From: Candidatus Eiseniibacteriota bacterium
Lineage (GTDB): Bacteria > Eisenbacteria > RBG-16-71-46 > JABDJR01
DNA: 64,000 nt
Assembly (NCBI GenBank): GCA_963783375.1
Contig: CAWANH010000029.1
Coordinates: 1,120,001 to 1,184,000 of the forward strand
Direction: 5' to 3'
Part shown: one piece after another, positions 40,120 to 49,835 of the stretch
Layout: every line of letters begins with the position of its first letter
How positions within the stretch are numbered: position 1 is the first letter of the stretch
Notes under the pieces: generated by a model
The model's input: only the letters and a program-made list of their open reading frames with translations
What the model was told of the DNA's origin: nothing
The model's database searches: none
Position numbers and translations under genes: made by a program

Positions 40120-41247
40120 TCATGCCGCGTCTTCCTTCCCGGCGACGTCCGGCGCCGCTCCGCCGCCCCCGAACAGACTCTTGAGCTCGGGCCGGGTGAC
40201 GAACCGGGTAAACTCCCGCTTGTCGTTGGCCAGGATGAACGCCTCGTCGGGATCGATGTTCCCGGCCTGGACCATGCTCAACAGGGCCTGGTCCATGAGC
40301 TGCATCCCCGCCCGCCGTCCGGTCGCGATCACGCCGGGAATCTGGAAGGTCTTTCCCTCGCGGATGAGCTGGGACACCGCCGCGTTCACCACCAGGATCT
40401 CGCAGACCGCTCGTCGTCCCCGCCCGTCGGAAACCCGCACCAGCTCCTGGCTCACCACGCACTTCAGGTTCTCGGCCAGGGTGTGACGGATCTGGGACTG
40501 GACCTCGGCGGGAAAGGAATCCACGATGCGGTGGATGGTCTGGTAGGCGCCCCGGGTGTGGAGCGTCCCCAGAACCAGGTGTCCGGTCTCCGAGGCCTCG
40601 ATGGCCAGCGAGATCGTCTCGAAGTCCCGGAGCTCCCCCACCAGGATCACGTCGGGATCCTCCCGCAACCCGGCCCGCAAACCGTCGTGGAACGTGTGCA
40701 CGTGGGTTCCCACCTCACGCTGGACGATGAGCGCCATCTTGCTCTCGTGGACGAACTCGATCGGCTCCTCAAGGGTGAGGATGGTCACGTTGCGGGTGCG
40801 GTTGATCTCTTCGATGATCGAGGCCAAGGTGGTGGACTTTCCGGTCCCCGACCCTCCGGTGACCAGCACCAACCCCGCGTTCAGACCGGTGAATCGGGAG
40901 ATCACGTTGGGGAGCCCCAGGTCGGCGAGGGCCGGCGCATGATCGGGAACCACCCGGCAGATGATGGCGAGCCCGGTCCGATGGCGGCAGACGTTGACCC
41001 GGAAGCGGCCCACGTCCTGGGCGGTGTAGGAGAGGTCCACCGCTCCCTTGACCCCGAGAGCGTCCCAATGCTCGGGGCCAAGAATCTCGCCGGCCAGCCC
41101 GTCGATCTCCGCCGCCTCCAGCTCCCGGTGATCGAGCGAGAGCAGCTCTCCGTCCAGGCGGACGAGGGGGGCGCGCCCCGCGGTCAGGTGGATGTCCGAA
41201 CAGCCCTGCTCCCGGCCGAGCCGGAGGAAGCCATCGATTTCAGGCAT
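40120..41247 (-). CDS. pilT: PilT/PilU-family ATPase (second paralog)
   Basis: SDIH, GRFRVN, GGSGTGKST, EEPIEF, REDPDVILVGELRD, TGHLVLGTLH and LIREGK; start overlaps the kinase stop (ATGCCTGA). Confidence 0.92.
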   Translation of the reverse strand: MPEIDGFLRLGREQGCSDIHLTAGRAPLVRLDGELLSLDHRELEAAEIDGLAGEILGPEHWDALGVKGAVDLSYTAQDVGRFRVNVCRHRTGLAIICRVVPDHAPALADLGLPNVISRFTGLNAGLVLVTGGSGTGKSTTLASIIEEINRTRNVTILTLEEPIEFVHESKMALIVQREVGTHVHTFHDGLRAGLREDPDVILVGELRDFETISLAIEASETGHLVLGTLHTRGAYQTIHRIVDSFPAEVQSQIRHTLAENLKCVVSQELVRVSDGRGRRAVCEILVVNAAVSQLIREGKTFQIPGVIATGRRAGMQLMDQALLSMVQAGNIDPDEAFILANDKREFTRFVTRPELKSLFGGGGAAPDVAGKEDAA

Positions 41248-43657
41248 GTCGCCTCCGAGGTTCGAGTGGGGAGGCATCGAGGAGATCCCGGATCCTCTCT
41301 CCCAGTTCCGCCGCGCTCCCGATGCGTTCGTCCGGTTCGCGGGCCATGGCCGCCGCGGTAAGGGCCTCGATTTCCGGCGGCACCCCCTCGGAAAGCTCGC
41401 TCATGGGCCGCGCCTCCCCTTCGAGGTGCTGGAAGAGGATCTTGACCGGGGTTTCGGCGGTGAACGGGGGCCGCCCGGTGATCATCTCGTAGAGGACGAT
41501 GCCCAGGCCGTACACGTCGACCCGGTGATCGGCTTCCTCGCCGCGGATCTGCTCGGGGGCCATGTACTCGGGGGTCCCGATCAGGAGCCCGCTCTTGGTG
41601 AGCCGGGACCCGACCCTCTGCTCGGCCCACGCCAGGCCGAAGTCCACGATCTTCACCTCGTCGTCCACTCCCACCAGGATGTTCCCGGGCTTGATGTCCC
41701 GGTGCACCACCCCCGCCTCGTGGGCCGCGACCAGACCGTCGCAGGCCTGCGCCAGAATGCCGAGCGAACGCCAGGGATCGAGCTTCCCCGCCTCGGTCAG
41801 GACCTTCCCCAGGTCTCGCCCCGGGAAATACTCCATGGACACCGCGTGCGCGCCGCCCAGATCGATCAGGTCGTAGATGCGGATCACGTTCCGGTGGGTG
41901 ATCTTCCGGGTGAGCTTCAGCTCCTGCACGAAACGACGGATGGCCCCTTCATCCTCGGAGAGGTGGGAGTTCAGGATCTTGAAGATGATGCGGTCCTGGA
42001 CCGCGGTGTCCTCGACCAGGTAGATGGCTCCGAACCCTCCCCGACCGATCCGCTGGACCACGCGATACCGGTTGAGTAGCTCCATCCCCGGGGACAGCTC
42101 GCGGAAGTTGGTGGAGGGGTCCTTGTCCGCCTCGGGGCGTCGCGCCCCGGGGGGAACCGATCCGATGGCCGCGAACGGCGAATCCCCCGAACCCGCGGTC
42201 ACCGGGAACGGCAGGCCCGTTCCGGAACCCTGGTGTCGCTTGCCTTCGACCTGGAGCGGCATGTCGGCGCGCGCCTCGGACTCGGGGCCGATCCGGGCCG
42301 CCCCCAGGGCGTCGTTCACCCGGCGTCGTTCCTCCGCGTCGAGGTCGGCGCTGGAGAGCAGCTTCAGGGCGGAAGCGGCTTCGCGCCGGATCTCCTCGCT
42401 CTCGGACTTCGCGAGCCGGCTCAGGGGCTCCAGCGCCCGGGGATCGCCGATCGCGCCCAGGGCGCGGGCGCAGAGCGGAGCCACCGTCGAATCGGCGGCC
42501 ATCAGATCCATGAGCGGCTCCACCGCGCGCGTATCGCGGGTGCGGGCCAGGGCGTCGATCGACCGTTCCCGGACCCACCAGTCGGAGTCGCCCAGGGCCC
42601 GGATCAAGGGCTCCACCGCGCGCGCGCTGGGAATCGCGTTCAGGATCTCCACCGCGTACCGGCGAACGAACTCGTCCTCTTCTCCGAGCAGGCCGAGCAC
42701 CGCTTCCACCACCCGCTCCCCTCCCAGGCTCCCCAAGGCGTCGGCGGCTCGCACCCGCACCCACCAGTCCTCGTCCCGGAGCGCCCGCACCAGGTCCTGG
42801 ACCGCCTCGGTGGTGGCCACCTCGTTCAGGACCTCCACCGCGGCCCGGCGGGAGTACTCGGACTCGTCCTTCAGGATCTCCAGGAGGTACGGCACCGCGG
42901 AGGAGTCTCCAAGCTCGATCACCGCGTCGATGACCTCGGTCTGCACCTTGAGATCCTCGTCCCGGAGCGCCCGCACCAGATCGCCGATCTGCGAACGCGC
43001 TTCCATCTGGCGGAGCGACCGCACCGCTTCCAGACGGACGCTCTTGTGCTCGTCCTGGAGCGTGGCAATCAGGGCGGGAGCCACCCGTTCGGCGTCGAAC
43101 CGGGCCAGGAGCTTCACCATGTAGAGGCGGATCCACCAGTCCTCGTGGCGGAGGAGTTCGACCATGGGAGCCAGCACGGACTCGTCCGCGTTTCGCTCCA
43201 GGAGCCGAAACACCACCCCCCGGGCCTCCTTGCTGAGACCGGGCAGGACCGCCACCAGCTTTCGCGGGGGCATGTGCGGAGCCTGCGCGGTGAGGATTCC
43301 CTCCAGTACCCCCCTGGGCAAGGTGCGGTCGGCGAGGAGATCGATGAGCCGCTCGGGATCGTACCCCCGGCCCCGCTCCAGTACCTGGGCCACCCCGGAA
43401 ACCACGGCGGGGTTCGGGGAAGAGAGGGCATCCAGATAGGCGGGCAGGGTCTCGTCTTCGAGAAGGCGGGCGAGGATCTCCTGGGCGGGTCCGCGAGCTT
43501 CACCGTGGCTCAGGCAGTCCAGGACGCGAGGAAGCGTGGGCGCGCCCAAAGCCACCAGGTCCTCTTGGGCCCGGCCCAGCGCCGCGGGAGAGACGGAGCG
43601 GGAGACCTTGAGCCTCCGAACGCACCGTCCCGCTCTGAACTCATTGAGCAGGTTCAT
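41240..43657 (-). CDS. HEAT-repeat (PBS-lyase-like) Hanks-type Ser/Thr protein kinase
   Basis: About 8 repeats of ~31 aa of the DxDWWVR type; kinase motifs GRGGFG, K, HRDIKPGN, DFG, GTPEYMAPE and DVYGLG; no TM seen. Confidence 0.94.
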   Translation of the reverse strand: MNLLNEFRAGRCVRRLKVSRSVSPAALGRAQEDLVALGAPTLPRVLDCLSHGEARGPAQEILARLLEDETLPAYLDALSSPNPAVVSGVAQVLERGRGYDPERLIDLLADRTLPRGVLEGILTAQAPHMPPRKLVAVLPGLSKEARGVVFRLLERNADESVLAPMVELLRHEDWWIRLYMVKLLARFDAERVAPALIATLQDEHKSVRLEAVRSLRQMEARSQIGDLVRALRDEDLKVQTEVIDAVIELGDSSAVPYLLEILKDESEYSRRAAVEVLNEVATTEAVQDLVRALRDEDWWVRVRAADALGSLGGERVVEAVLGLLGEEDEFVRRYAVEILNAIPSARAVEPLIRALGDSDWWVRERSIDALARTRDTRAVEPLMDLMAADSTVAPLCARALGAIGDPRALEPLSRLAKSESEEIRREAASALKLLSSADLDAEERRRVNDALGAARIGPESEARADMPLQVEGKRHQGSGTGLPFPVTAGSGDSPFAAIGSVPPGARRPEADKDPSTNFRELSPGMELLNRYRVVQRIGRGGFGAIYLVEDTAVQDRIIFKILNSHLSEDEGAIRRFVQELKLTRKITHRNVIRIYDLIDLGGAHAVSMEYFPGRDLGKVLTEAGKLDPWRSLGILAQACDGLVAAHEAGVVHRDIKPGNILVGVDDEVKIVDFGLAWAEQRVGSRLTKSGLLIGTPEYMAPEQIRGEEADHRVDVYGLGIVLYEMITGRPPFTAETPVKILFQHLEGEARPMSELSEGVPPEIEALTAAAMAREPDERIGSAAELGERIRDLLDASPLEPRRRHA

Positions 43658-43721
43658 CCGCGATCATCCTCGCGAGTCGACGGGTCGGCCCGCGGCGGGT
43701 GAAGGGCCGACCCGGCCGGGA

Positions 43722-44333
43722 TCAACCCCGGCCCAGGAACCACAGACCGGCCCCACCCACCAGCACCCCCACCAGGAAGGAGATGATCAGGAGGAGCGTT
43801 ACGGCGGCGTTCGAGAACCCGGTTCGCACGGTCTGCGCGGACATGGAGGCCGGCCTCTCGGTCCCGTCCTGCTCGCGATACTCCGAAGCCAGGTTCTCGA
43901 GTTCCACGGTGGAGAGCACGGTGGTGCCCTGAAAGGCGGTGGGGGTCAACTGCCGCGTGTCCCCCGCCTGGTGGCCGCGGCGTTCGTCCTCGTAGCTGAT
44001 CCAGAGGGAGAACTTCCCGATGTGCAGAACGTCGTTCTCCATCAGGACTTCGCGCTTTGCCTGGATCATCTTCTCGTTCAGGACGGTGCCGTTGGCGCTC
44101 CCCAGATCCTCGGCCTCGTAGTAGCCCCGGGGGACGGCGTGGAGCCGCAAGTGGTGGCGGGACACCCCGGGATTGTCCAGAAAGACATCGCTGTCCGGGT
44201 CCCGACCCACCGTGACCATCTCCTGTTTGAAACGATAGGAGCGGATCGGCCTCCCCTTCAGGGAGAGCCGCACCTTGAGAACCTTGGTTCCCGGCTGAGG
44301 GGCTCCGTCGCTTACGTGTTCGGGCAGTCCCAT
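43722..44333 (-). CDS. FHA domain protein with C-terminal membrane anchor
   Basis: VGR...VSRHH...DLGSANGT FHA motifs; C-terminal hydrophobic helix; alternative GTG start at 44342. Confidence 0.9.
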   Translation of the reverse strand: MGLPEHVSDGAPQPGTKVLKVRLSLKGRPIRSYRFKQEMVTVGRDPDSDVFLDNPGVSRHHLRLHAVPRGYYEAEDLGSANGTVLNEKMIQAKREVLMENDVLHIGKFSLWISYEDERRGHQAGDTRQLTPTAFQGTTVLSTVELENLASEYREQDGTERPASMSAQTVRTGFSNAAVTLLLIISFLVGVLVGGAGLWFLGRG

Positions 44334-44382
44334 CGTGTCCACGCCTCCTTCCTGCGCGCGAGGTTCGATACGCCTCGTGTCG

Positions 44383-44409
44383 TTATCGGCACGCCGGATA
44401 TGGGGTTTA
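44383..44409 (-). promoter_or_regulatory. Consensus sigma-28 (FliA/WhiG-type) promoter for the FHA-kinase-pilT-pilT operon
   Basis: Exact TAAA-N15-GCCGATAA on the minus strand; weaker tandem site CCAA-N15-GCCGATAG at 44492-44466. Confidence 0.75.
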
Positions 44410-44691
44410 AGGCCGCGAGGCGTCGGCGGGGCAACGGGGACGGCTCGCGGGGTGGGGGGACGGGCCTATCGGCTTATCCGGCAAGAAGTTGGAGCTTTCG
44501 AGGACCTCCGGCCGCTCCCCGAGACCCCGACGTGGACGCCGGCGCGCCGCCCATCGGGCAAAGGGATTTGCGTTATCCACCGCATTTCGCCCGGCCGCGG
44601 GTGCTTAATCAAGTGGGCTCATGGCGATGGGGTCGCCCGCGGAGGCAGGCGGCCAGCCGGTTTCTCGTGGAAGGCGGAGGCGGGGAGTTCG

Positions 44692-47600
44692 ATGGACGAG
44701 GCTCTCGGGCGGGAAGGCCGATCTTCTCCGGAGCCCTCCTCCGGGGCGGCGGGGGGAGACGGCGCCCGGGCGCGGGCGATCGCCGACCAGTTCGAGGTCG
44801 CCCTGGGCTGCCCCGATGCGGTGACCGCGGCCCTGGCCGGAATCCTGGCGGGGACCGGTACCCTGCCCACCGGGCGCGAGAAGACGCTCCTCGGCCTGGC
44901 TCCCCTGCTTCGGCGGCGCACCGGGGCGGTGGCCGCCGCGCTCTTCGACGGTCTGTCCTCCGCCCTGGACCGCCTCCCCGATCCCCGGCCGCTCCTTCTG
45001 GAACTTCTTCGCACCCGGGATCCCGAACTGCTTTCCCGCGCGCTCGCCCACACGGAACGCCTGGTCGCGGCGAAGGCCGTTCATCCGGACCGCCGACTGC
45101 TGGCCTTCTTCGCCGAGCGATTCGAGGAACGCGGCGGGCTTTGGGAGCGCCCCGAGACCCTGAATCGCGTGGCCGAACTGGTGGAATCCTCCGGCCCTTC
45201 TCCGCCCTGGACCGATTTGCTGACCGATCCCGCCGACCCCGGTAGCGCCCGGTTGGCCGCGCGAGCCCTCGACCGGCACGGGGAACCCGCCCCCCCCGGG
45301 GTCGCCCGGCGGATCCTCGGGGAGGTGGCCTACGCATTTCTCGCCCCCTACCTGGCCTACACCCGGGCCGGCCATGCCGATCTCCTGGCCCTGGTCCCCC
45401 GCCCCGGCGCCCCGCCGCCGGCGCTCGCCGCCCTCCGCCGGGCGGCCGAGCGATGCGGCGAGAGCGCCCTCCGGGACATCGTGGCCCGGTTGGGCTGGCC
45501 GGCCGTGAACCTGGGGCTCGAGGCGGGGCCGGTATGGGAGGTCTCGCTGGCGGGAGCCTTCCCGTACCTGATGTCCCCGGAAGAAGCGCCGCTCCTCGAA
45601 GCGGTGGGCGAGACCCGGAAACACGGCGAGGCGATCCTCGCGGTGGCTCACGGCGGAGCGCCCGACCCCGGACGGGAGGGGCCGGGAGCCGAGGACCCGG
45701 TGGCCCGCTTTCGGGCCATGAACCTGGTCCACGCCGAGCTTCTGGCCGAGATCCTCGACGTCTCCCCCCTCACCCCGGAGAAGGTGCGCCGGATCCTCGG
45801 TGGGATGGACCGGATCGTCGCCGATTTCGTCGGAGTCTTCGCCCGCCACGCCGAGGACGAGGCGGCGGCGCTCCCCGGTCTCTACGCCGCACTCAAGGGT
45901 CGGGTCGAGGCGGAGCTCACCCCCGAGTCCCGCCCCGCCCAGCTCTCTGCCGAACTCACCCGGCTGGTCCAGGCCTTCGAAGACCCCCAAAGCCTCGCCG
46001 AGGTTCGCACCCTCCACGGCCTCAAGCGCTACCTCCACCAGCGGGGCCTCCGCCTGGGGTTCCGCCTGGTCGAGGCCGGACGCGCCACCAACCGGAGCGT
46101 CCGGGTTCTGGTGCTTCGGCCCCGGCGGGAGCCGCCGTCCCCGGTCGTCCTTCGCTACGTGGATTTCGAGCCCGGGGACTACGCGCCGGACTCCGCCCCC
46201 CCGGTTCCCTATCCGGTTCGGGCCCTGGCCGAAGGGATTTCCCGGCAGCTCCTTGTGGGAACATTGGAGTTTCCTGACGTTAAAATATTTTGCTATGGCA
46301 ACGAGGTCCACTACTACCTCGCTTTCGGCACCCATCCCGCGTTCCTCCGGGTGGACTACGCGCCGCCGCTCCGGGGGGGCATGGTCGACCTCGAGTACTA
46401 CGGGGTGAGCAAGGTGGATCTGGGGGCGCATCCCGACCCCAGCCTGGCCGGTATCCGCCTCCTCCTCGAACGGCTCGATTTCGACGTCACCATCGACGCC
46501 ACCCGGGTCCATGCCCGCTACGACAAGGAGCGGGCGCTGGATCTCGGAGAGCTGTGCGAGCACGCCGAGGCCCTCCTCCGTCTCCTCCCCCACGTGATGG
46601 ACGTGGACTGGACGATCGGGTCGCTCCGGCTCTCGCCGGCGGCGCGGTGCGCGACCGCGGAGGCCTGGGCGGAGTTCTTCCTGCGCTGGGGGTCGCTTCC
46701 GGTCGAGCGCTTCCTCACCGACGACCGGGTGGGGATCACCACCGGGCGGGAGACGGGCCCGGCCGGAGACCGCGAAACGGTGTGGGACGGCCGGGGGCCC
46801 TACCGCGACCGGTACCGCCCCGCCCCCGCGGCCCGGGATTTCCTGCCGCTGGTGGAGAGCCTGGGGGCCGGGGGCCGGGCGATTGCCGCGGAACTGGAGT
46901 CGGCGGGGGGTGAACCGATGGGGCAACTCGCCCTGGAGCGGCTCGTGCTCCGCCCGCTCCACGAGGCGGCGGGAGAACCCTCCGCCGGGGCCACGCACTC
47001 CGGGAGGCGACCCGGCGGCCCGCCTCCCCACGAGGCCGAGCGATTCGCACACATCCTGGAGGGAGGCGTGGAGCCGGTCGCCGCCGCGGCGCGCGCGGCG
47101 GCCCTGGTCGCCCCGCTCACCCGAAGCCTCCGCTTCCGGACCACCGGGTCGGTGGAGGGTTTTGCCACCCAGCACGCGGTGGTTCCCCTTCGAGGGGCCC
47201 GCCTGGACGCACACGTGCTCCGCGATCCCTCGGGGCTGATCCGCCTCGCCTACTTCACCGGAGTCGGAAGAGACGGCCGGCGGAGGCTCGGGGGAGTGGG
47301 GTGGCCCGGCGAAGCCGGTCCGGAGGAGGGAACCGCGATCACCGGAGAAGGGACCGGCGCCGGCGATCCGGGGCTCGACGCCGCGCGCCTGGCCGCCCTC
47401 CTCCGGCGAAACAGCTACCCCGTGGTCGAGACCGGGGGGAGCGATTCGGAGGTGGAAGCCGAAGCCCGTGAAACGCTCGCCGCGGTCGGGCGCTCCGCCC
47501 ACCTCCCCCGTCCCCGACCCATCCCCGGAGAGCGATTGGTCACCGGGCTCCGCGCTTCCCCCGGCCGCGCGGTGGGGCGGGCGGTTCTCGATGCGGCGGG

Positions 47601-49835
47601 CCGGACCCCCGAATCGCTTCGCGGCGCGGTGCTGGTCGCCGCTTCCGTCCGTCCCGAGGACACGGTGTTCTTGTTTCACGCGGCGGGGGTGGTCTCCACC
47701 GGGGGCGGGATCCTGAGCCACGCCGGCCTCACCGCGGTGCAGTTTCGAAAACCCGCGCTGGTGATCTCCGGCCGCTGGGAAATGCGCCCGGACGGCGTTC
47801 GCGTGCTCTGGTACCGGGTCACGAGCTGGCGGCCGGAGATCCGCACCGTGGCCGGCTTCGAGATCGAGATGCGCCGGGATCTCCGGGAGAGCGAGCACGC
47901 CCTGGCCGAAGGGGATCTGGTGGTGGTGGACGCCGAGTCGGGAAGGCTCCGGGTGCTGGGGCAGGATCGCGAGGTCCTGGCCCTGACCGAGGATCTGGCC
48001 GAGTTGGGCGAGGCCCACCGCCTTCTGGCCGGCGCCCGGGACGAGCGGGAGATTCTGGCCCTTCGCGGGCGGCGGCTCAGGGCCCGTCACCAACTGTTGA
48101 AGCTCCTGGGGCGACTCCACGATCCGATCCCGGCCCGGCACGCGGTGGAGGAAATCCTGAGCGGGGTTTCCCTGGCCACCGGAGCGGGGGCGCGGGAAGA
48201 GAAGGGACCGCTCCTCATCGCCCTTCTGGCCAACCCCTTCACCGGGGGCGCGGCGCGCGACGCGCTCCTGGCGCTCACCCGCGGGCTGGCCCGGCGGGTG
48301 GCCGTGCGGGCCGCCGAAGCGGTGCGACGGCTTCCCACCGCCGACACCCTCTTCGAGATCCTGGCCCAGCGCCTCGGCCTGGTCCGGGTCCAAAGCGCCC
48401 TGGAGGAAGCGACGGCGGCGCTCACCGCCTGCGGTCTCCCCCCCGAGTCGGCCGAACCCGCCTTCGATCTCGCCGCTTTCGACGTGGGCGCGCGGGAGCG
48501 GCTCCTGGCCATCCGAAGCGAGCAGCTCCGTGCGGTGACTGGATCCGACGCCGGCGGCCCCCGGCTCCGCCATCACCTCCGACGGCTCCGCCGGCTGGAC
48601 GCGGTGCTCGACGTCCCCGAGGCCGACCGGCGGGACGTCACCGCGCTCGACCGGGCGCTGGCCCGCCGCGACCGGGCGGTGCGGACGGGATGCCAGGGGC
48701 GCCAGGTCCTCCTCCCCGCCGAGTGCGGTTTCGAGATGAACCCCCTGATCGGCTGGAAGGCGGCGAACCTGGCCGAGGTGGAGCGGCTGATCGGACCGGA
48801 CCGGGTGCCCCGCTGGTTCGTGGTGACCCACGGCTCCTTCGCGGAGATGCTCCGAAACCCCCTCCCCCGCGGGGAACCGACGAGCGAAGGACCCCGGTGG
48901 CGCTCGGGGAGGCGATCGGCGTGGTGCTGGAACGGGCCGATCTCACCCCGGGGCAGAAGTCCCTCCGCATCCACGATCTGTGGGAGAAGGCGACCCTGCC
49001 GCCGCTCCTGGTGCGGGAGGTGACCGCGGCCTATCGCGCGCTGGCCGAGGCCCCGCCGGACGCGGACCGGGGCGGGCCGCCGTCCCCGGAGACGGAGGGC
49101 GACGAGGCCGGCCTCCCCTACGTGGCCGTCCGTTCCTCCGCGCGCGAGGAGGACGCCGAAGCTGCGGCCCGGGCCGGCGAGTTCGACACCTTCCTCTACA
49201 TCCGGGGGGTGGAGCCGCTCCTCGGATTTCTGAAGCGGGCCTGGAGCGGTCTCTGGACCGAGCGGGCAATCCACAGCCGGTCGGCGTTCGGGATCGGCCT
49301 GGAGGAAATCGGAGGGGGCGTGCTCGTTCAGCGCATCGTCCCCGCCCGGGTCGCCGGGGTGCTCCAGACCGTGAACGTGGGCGAGGACGAGCACCGGGAA
49401 ATGGTGCTGAACGCCGGGCTCGGGCTCGGGGAAGGGGTGGTCTCGGGCACGGTGGGCGCGGATCACGTGGTGGTCCGGAAGGAGGGGGACCTGGAGCATG
49501 CCCCGCTCCGTTTCCGCTACGTGACCGCGGACAAGCGGGAGCGGGTGGTTTTCGACGCCCGCACCGGGTTCGGCACCGAGCGCGTCGAATCGCTCTACCA
49601 CCAACGGCTCCGCCCCGCCCTCGAATACGTGGAACTCAGGGAGCTGGTGATCACCGCCCAACGCCTGGAAGAGGCCTACGGCTACCCCCTCGACCTGGAG
49701 TTCGCGGTGGAGGGGAGCCGGACCTGGATCCTCCAGGTGCGACCGGTGGCCACCTTTCTCTCCGCCCTCAACGAGACCCTCGAGCGCCGGCCCCTCGGTT
49801 CCACGGCCGCCGCCCTCAAGGAGACGACGCCATGA
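44692..49835 (+). CDS. Giant (~1700 aa) PEP-utilizer/dikinase-family protein: large N-terminal region - phosphohistidine domain - C-terminal ATP-grasp (PPDK_N); one frameshift near 48895
   Basis: ASPGRAVG...TGGGILSHAG (His at 47719); GWKAANL, VPRWFVVT, AVRSSAREED, AGEFDTFL, VLVQ, GLGEGVVSG, DLEFA and ILQVRP; adding one C to the run at 48892-48895 joins the two ORFs. Confidence 0.85.
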
